Part shown: positions 36,801 to 43,285 of the stretch, piece by piece
Position numbering within the stretch: position 1 is the stretch's first letter
Layout of the letters: each line of letters begins with the position of its first letter
Assembly: GCA_000934665.2 (NCBI GenBank)
Contig: KZ538007.1
Coordinates: 124,001-167,285 of the forward strand
Source of the DNA: Catajapyx aquilonaris
Taxonomy: Eukaryota
Direction of reading: 5' to 3'
Length of the DNA stretch: 43,285 bases
Position numbers and translations under genes: made by a program
The notes under the pieces: model-generated
Database searches by the model: none
Told to the model about the DNA's origin: nothing
What the model saw: the letters and a program-made list of their open reading frames with translations, nothing else

Positions 36801-39800
36801 CCTTATCGGCATTCAGCCAGGATTGCACACGAAATTGCTCCAAACCTTGCCTGGGCTAGAGCTGCAAAAAAAAATGTAATATTAAAAAATTGATCCATTG
36901 TGTCGATCATAGTGATGAGACGTGGCTCTTGTAGTACCCCTGTATTTGAGCCTTTTTGCGTATGGAAACGGTTCATGTTTTGGATCCTTCACCCTGTTGA
37001 TCCTGCTGGGGCCTACAGGCTCCTTTTCCACATTTCAACCGCTGTCTCCCGGCTTCCAATAAAATATTCATAGCCCTCCCCCTCCTCCTTACCAGTTGCC
37101 TTCCTTCCTGCCTTCTTTCCCTTTCAACAGGAAGCCCCCTCAGTTCATCGCATGTAGAATTTCCACCTTATTTTCCACGTATCTGACCTCGCCACAGGGG
37201 GGCGGAACCGCTTGCCAATAAACCGGCTGGGAAATTATGCAAAACTGCAAGTATTGGCAATACCTGCCGCTTCGGTACCCGAAAGAAACTTTGTAGCCTA
37301 TCCGCAATTTTACCCAAAACAGGGATCATCCTAGTAGTCCTGCTTAATAGGAAAATTAACCTGAATTGTGCACTCCCCCGCCTCTTAAATGAGAAATGCG
37401 GAAGCTCACTCCTGGATTCAAGGCACGGCGGCCTCGTGACAAAAAGTGAGACGATTTGGCCTCCTTGGTTATCGCAAATCGATGCCTCTCCACGCCTACA
37501 AAGCTCGTGGCTAAGACCATCCATCCAATCCACTGCAACGAATAGCGATCCAAGAGCGATGAGCGAAAGGTGTGTCGCCGAGGGGTTCAAAGCGCCCCGT
37601 GTGTCGGAAATGATTACTAGAGCATGCCTGAATCTTTGCTAACAAGCTAGTACCACATATGATGAGTTCCAACCGGTTCCAACAATTGAAAGAACTTCAG
37701 TCGAATGTGACCTAAAAATCTGGATTCACAGCAATACCCTCCTGCTGTCTTCCATTTGGAGACAAAAGCGACACATGATGTCGTAGGTCGTCACATACCA
37801 CTAGATTGCGCGCACGGCACATCAAAGGGCGCTTGGTACAACAAAAAAAAGCTACCAAAGAGGAAGGGTAAAGAAGGAAAAAAAATCTGAGAGAAGTCTC
37901 CACAAATGGAGGAAACGGACACGTGTCCCTTTCGACGCTACAAGGAATTGATTCAATTCCGGACCGGGATGAAAACGGCTCCGTTCGCCGAGAAAATGGG
38001 ATCCTGGGATGCCCTCTGGGCCAAGGCAAGAAGATGAAGATCACTGGGTGAGTGGTCACCCCTACCTATCTGGGAAGAGTCACGGCTGCCCTTTATCAGC
38101 TCCCAGGAAATGGTCGCTTGCATACAGGAAATCAAAAGCAATCATTTTTGCTCAATATATATGTACTATCAGATACATTGTTTTGTGTCAATATTTACCA
38201 GATACAATGTGCATGCTTGTGAATGCAACCTAGTAATAATAACCATATTGTATTAGTGTAGATTTTCTACACTTTCTATTATACAAATTTTTTGCGCTTC
38301 ATATCTCTAAAAATATAAAATTCAATGTGAGCTACTGAAAACAATATTATGCTCACGAGTTGCAACATCCAGTTTTTTTTTGCAAACATCTCGTAGCTTT
38401 GTTCCCAACTGCAACTATAGATAGAGAGCTATCTGTGATCTTGGTGCAATGCCGTGTAGAAGTGGAAAAATAAAATAATCCACTTCTAAACGGCATAAGG
38501 AGTAGAACAAAAATAACAGTGTTAATTATGAACACTGTTGTTTATGTTCTACTGCTTATATTGCTGCATCATATCTGATGATGAAACTGAATTTCTAATA
38601 ATATCTGAAATTATGAGTAATGTTAATGAGGAGTTTTCAGATTATTACAAGCTGAATCAGAAGTTCAAATATTTTTCATTTTTATCTGAATTGTTGAACT
38701 GATAATAACAAACTGGCGAGTTACTGTGTGCCAGTTTATTTCATTTTATAGCTAATATATTGCCGCTGCCCACGATACGTTAGTTGAATAGTCGTTCTTT
38801 AAATGTCACTTGAAGTGCCTTGAGAGTAAAATAATCTTGAATTCGGCCTGCGGCGAGGTCAGGAGAACGCATGGATAGCAAGTTTGAGGAATGGAATGCT
38901 GTGCAAACTTAGTTCGGCTGAATGGTTTGAGGGCAGGGTTGGCAATTGGGAAAGGCGAAGCTGCCATGGCCATCTGGCAACAACTGAGGGCACCAAACAC
39001 GGACTGCAAGCTGTGGCCATCAGATTTGACAGGCCCGTCCATTGGGAAGCCAAGTACTGTCATGGCCAGGACCCAGGGGAGTGGCCAACACAGCACACGA
39101 AACTGTCCTTGCGTTGCTTCGTATTTTTATTTTTATCATTTTTATTTGCGGTCAGCTTGAAGCTATATGGTTTTGTAAGTCAGCTGTGTGGATCGTCTCT
39201 GCTGAAAGTGGCCTATTTGATTCAAAATATAATTAATATTAATGCCATTTAAATTTAATAACAAGTTGCAAATTTTTTTGCAGCTTTATCATTATCAAAT
39301 AATTTGGAGTTCAATTTTTGAATTTTCAATAAAGCGTTTTACGCATTAAGCTGTGTTTTTGACACCCACCACTTCGGTTTCATTATCAGACCTAAACCTC
39401 TACTCCTATGCTTCCCCACGCAGATGAAAATGACTGCACTGTTGGTTCATAATAACAAGGTGTACTAGGTCCAGTGCAAATCATACATCAAACTTATCTC
39501 GTTTTAACGAGCGCATTATTAGTGCCTGCAGCAGCGCAGCAAACATAATCAGCTACATCTGCCTCACCTCAGGTTACTTGTCGAACGTCATAACACTAAA
39601 AAAAAGCCACATCAGCTACTGAATAGGCAGCATGCTGAAGTTTTTAAAATAGTGGGTTAACTATATTCGGATAGATGTACAGTACCTTGACCACTTGTCA
39701 AAGTAGATATTGTACACAATCCTGAAGTAATAACGTCCATTATATGCAAACTGGATGGTGTTATTCTGTCAGCAAATCGGTATGGCGCTATTTGGGCGTT

Positions 39801-40195
39801 TTGAAACCGGAAGCCAGTTTACAAACTTATCTGGTCACATTAGCGTATTTTATCCACTTTACACTAGCTACTGTGGAGGGCAGTTTCAACAATCAATATA
39901 ACACCCATACTGTTTGCACGCTCTTGTGTCACGTTTACTACGGTAGGCCATAACGTTTTTATAAAAATAATATTACAAATATTCATTGGCGGAATATAAT
40001 TTGCTATTTGTGAATTGCCCTCCGGTGAATCAGATATGTTGACAGTTGATGGTTCCTCGTATGTTTCGACAATGTTTAATATACAGGGGGTTCATTTCAG
40101 TTCAAAAACAGCGTTGTTTTTAGCGATGTTTTAGAGGAAACATCTGGTATGATATTAAAATTTTAAATATGCTCTAATAATCTGACTGTTTCTGA

Positions 40196-40417
40196 CAGTG
40201 GCGTAGGCAGGCGGGGGGTTGTAACCCCCCCTCCCCTTGGACCCAAAAGAATATAGTTCCAATCCGCAATTTTAAGGTGTTAAAACGCACATGCGCAAAT
40301 ATTATAGCTTATGTGAGCTTGAACAGCAAAAAAAAAATCGTCTGCGGCGGGCCTCTTCGTTCTACCCTCACATAACCCCCCCCCCCCCCCATTCCCTTAC
40401 AAATTTCCTGGCTACGC
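40196..40417. mobile_element. hAT-like MITE with a clipped right terminus
   Basis: Left CAGTGGCGTAGGCAGG, right CCTGGCTACGC, with subterminal G/C runs. TTTCTGA flanks both sides (40189-40195 and 40418-40424), consistent with an 8-bp TSD plus a small deletion of the terminal CACTG. Confidence 0.75.
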
Positions 40418-42657
40418 TTTCTGAGCATATGACGTCAAGGTCCTGATAATTCCGTGAACTTTCCATTGGTTAACTCAGCAACATGAATCCCTCTATCGTA
40501 TACTCCATCCTACTCTTATTACAAGCACAAGGCGTGGTCGAATTAGACGCGCTTAATTCAAAACCGGGCGATATTAATGTACATCTTGCAGGCGTTATGC
40601 AAAACAGAACATGAAAAAAAATATGTAACCGCTATTTCTGCATGTACCTTTTATGCGAGGTAAAAGCACGAGAGAGCTTTCCAAAAAAAAAATCGGAACG
40701 CATCTGTGGTACTTCCAGGCCGGAAGCGTGAATCTGAACCTTCATTATCCATTCCCGCACTTCTTTCACTGTACAAAAACCGGGCTGTGGGGCAAATTTT
40801 GCCTTTTCACAGCGATCTAAAACCTCAGCAGAATTCCTCTCTACCTTGGTTCCCTCTACGCTCTACCCACTTTTCAGGCAACAGCGTTCCGTGTTGTTCT
40901 AATGCATAGAGATCAAACAATGCATCTCGCCTAGAGATGTTTCCAGGCTTTCACCGATACCTCGTTCGAGATCGGGCTAATTAATGAAGCAGCAGGCTTC
41001 GGATGCAAAGTGCTTGCGGAAGAAGAGAGTTTGGGTAAAGGCGAAGTATGGAAGAGGGTATAAGAAGGTCGCATGGAGGCAAGACTTTAATAAATTGACA
41101 TGGTATTGTGCTACTACCTGAGTAATACAGGAAATGGCAAGAAGATTACTCAACTTGGATTTGACTTGTGCATCAGTATTGACGGGGAATAAGAGGCACT
41201 ACTCAAGTTCCTTTCCATGATGCTTGGTAATTGTGCTAAGGTTTGTGGGGTGTATGGTGGTTTCCTTAACCACAATCTTCCAGTAGGCCTACAACCTCCC
41301 CCTGCCCTGCGACCACGTGGATGCGGGAAAAAGCCTAGTCCCTTTGCGGAGGTCGGACGAACGGATGGCGGCCAACAGTAGTGGTCGAACCTTGTGTAAA
41401 CTGGCCTTAACCACCATGAAACATGTCCCACAAGTTTGGATAGAAGCAGAATCTCTTTTAATACGCCATTTCCGAAAATTGTGACAGCAAGAAGCGTCCT
41501 AATGGAATACACCACGACACACCGCCCTCTGCTCTAAGAATAAAATCTGAATTTTATCCCTCGCCTAACCACAGGCGCAAATGGAAAGGGAGAGAGAGGG
41601 TATACTATTGATTCCAAGAATGGAAACTGCAAAAGACTCCATCCCACTTGGGGCTGCACAGTTTAGGATGACAACAAAGACTGTCAAGTTCTGCATAAAG
41701 TTTGACACCCACCCCACCCACTACTTGTCCTCCCTTCACATCCTCCTCCTCGTCTTATAGCATCGCCATCGTGATCTTGCTCCTAGCTGCCGATCTTCCA
41801 ACTTGCTCAACTTTCTCAACGGTGCCATTCTTCGGAGCATCTGCTCCTCATCCAAACCATCTCTGAGGGAAAACTATCGGGATTTCGCACTCTCTTACAA
41901 ACAATCCGGAGACACGGTGCGCGCATTTCAAGTTTTCGCCATAGAAGTTAGGGAAGGGCGGAACAGGGATGGGGAGAATCATGCTACTGGCCTGGAAGAA
42001 CAATTCTATTATATATCAGCCCCATTCTTTATATCCCCTCCTCTTTTTTTTTTGAAAAAAAAACGCGCGTTCCGCATCACCTGCACTATTGTGTGGAAAA
42101 GCGAGGACATTTTTACTACACAAGTGCAGGCAACGGCAGTTAATCAGCACGTTCTTTTCATACACACCTATTGATTGCAACAAAAAAACATGTGCAGGTC
42201 TTGTCGCATAATGGCCAAATTGCAAGTTAGAGCTCCCCTCACCCCACTACCACCACCTCTCTCCACAACAACCCCCTCACCCCCCGGCAAAATCAATTTT
42301 ACATAACGCTGATTCTGAGCAGGCTGAGTAACAATGAAGAGTGGGAGGAGAGGGGTGGTTCCAATATTTTTTTAAACGCCGCAAAATTTGGCCAAATGTG
42401 GCGTCCAGGGCATTAAAAATGGAGGACTCGACGGGCCTGAATATTAGATGGTAATCGCGGTGGTAATCTGACTGCTCGTGCCATAGTGGCCATTTTGCTC
42501 GATTTGAAATTAATTGTGTTTACAGTGTTATACGCCCACCTAATAACCGAAAATCGACAGACCGAAATCCTCTTAATCTTTTGTATAATACCAACCGGCC
42601 ACTCGTCTGCTCCACACTCAAAATGCGCACCATTCCGCTGACAAAAAATAATGGCCA

Positions 42658-42725
<68 letters not shown>
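42658..42725. repeat. (TAT)n microsatellite, about 22-23 units
   Basis: Perfect TAT run directly abutting the 5' end of the LINE fragment. Confidence 0.98.
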
Positions 42726-42726
<1 letters not shown>

Positions 42727-43285
42727 GGGTGGTTAAGACTAGGATTGTGGTTGTGGCTGTGTATGCACCAGTTGACTCATCTCCAGATGAGGATAAGGAG
42801 AGGTTCTGGGATAGCTTAAGTGCTGTGTTGGATGGGTTCAGTGGTAATGACAGGATAATTCTTGCAGGGGATTTTAATTCTTGGGTGGGTGTCTCTCGCC
42901 CGGGGTATGAGGGAGTGTTGGGTCGTTATGGAGATGTTAGGGTTAATGGAAATGGTGTGAGTTTATTGGATTTATGTGTAGAGAGGGGCCTTTATGTGTC
43001 TAATACTGTGTTTCCACACAAACGGATTCATCAGTATACTTGGGAGAATAGGTCATTAGGTCAGAAGTCCTTGATTGACTTTGTAGTGATAGATAATAGG
43101 TTGAGGTCATAGGTAGTTGATACTAAGGTGGTTAGAGGTGTAGATGTTGGTTCCGACCATTACCTGGTCGTCTCTAGGTTAAGGTTAAGTATTGGATGGA
43201 GGATGTTTAAGAAAAAACCTGAGGTGGTTGAAAGGATTAAGGTTGAGCGACTTCCTGCATTAGGTTTGGAATATCAACAGCTAGT
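42726..43285 (+). mobile_element. 5'-truncated non-LTR retrotransposon (RTE-clade-like LINE), AP-endonuclease domain with one in-frame stop; runs off the window end
   Basis: Motifs VYAP, IILAGDFN, G.YG...N.NG..LLD.C, NT.F.HK.IH.YTW and IDFV. After TAG at 43110-43112 the same frame continues VVDTKVVRGVDVGSDHYLV (SDH catalytic motif). This is typical of RTE/BovB-type L1-EN-like domains. Confidence 0.93.

Noticed and set aside
38934..38986. hAT-like GTTGGCA/TGGCAAC inverted words (similar at 27857-27887 and 12194/12896)
   Set aside because: Too short and degenerate, with no TSD; may be relics but cannot be supported.
12843..40060. Seed-length similarities to conserved miRNAs (e.g. taaggcacg 12843, gaacacagctg ~23319, tgactaga 26770, agatatgtt 40032)
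   Set aside because: Matches stop after about 8-11 nt and no precursor hairpins are evident.
28346..42650. Candidates for the next dipeptidase exon (CAT AAT GAC at ~30912, CAT AAT GAA at ~33005)
   Set aside because: No suitable acceptor and no HNDLP continuation. The exon probably lies beyond the window, though a manual search could miss it.
42651..42725. Poly-Leu 'signal peptide' on the 153-aa ORF
   Set aside because: It is the translation of the (TAT)n microsatellite, in frame with the LINE by chance.

Overview
Eukaryotic, probably arthropod, genomic DNA that is almost entirely non-coding. Nearly all ORFs in the supplied track are chance ORFs. Two phase-compatible + strand coding exons were found (17488-17644 and 28171-28345, separated by a ~10.5 kb intron). 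Spliced, they read QKQTTSLIELPDVTAPPLTTPGQNGSVRCNGRLVTYEDSSSSSSKDQPGMPR-G-LEIRMRHWCILCLVLVIAAAVGVGVGLPMALSSDANASPRERMELAKRVLREVPLVDG. This is the N-terminal tail, hydrophobic anchor and start of the catalytic domain (PLVDG[HND]) of a membrane dipeptidase (peptidase M19, renal dipeptidase-like). I could not find the flanking coding exons in the window, so the rest is probably intron of this gene. The non-coding DNA holds several short terminal-inverted-repeat elements (MITEs) of different types, microsatellites, and a 5'-truncated RTE-like LINE endonuclease fragment at the right edge. The most unusual observations are: (i) GC-rich islands about every 1.5-2.5 kb, most with a C/A-rich to G/T-rich strand-skew flip; (ii) a perfect acceptor-donor fusion (TTTTAGCAG|GTAAGT) inside the long intron, either a recursive splice site or a 3-nt microexon; (iii) many TACAGTA/TACTGTA/TAGGCCTA words resembling transposon excision footprints; (iv) a decayed tandem copy of the second exon's acceptor. 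No CRISPR array, rRNA, tRNA or recognisable conserved miRNA was seen.
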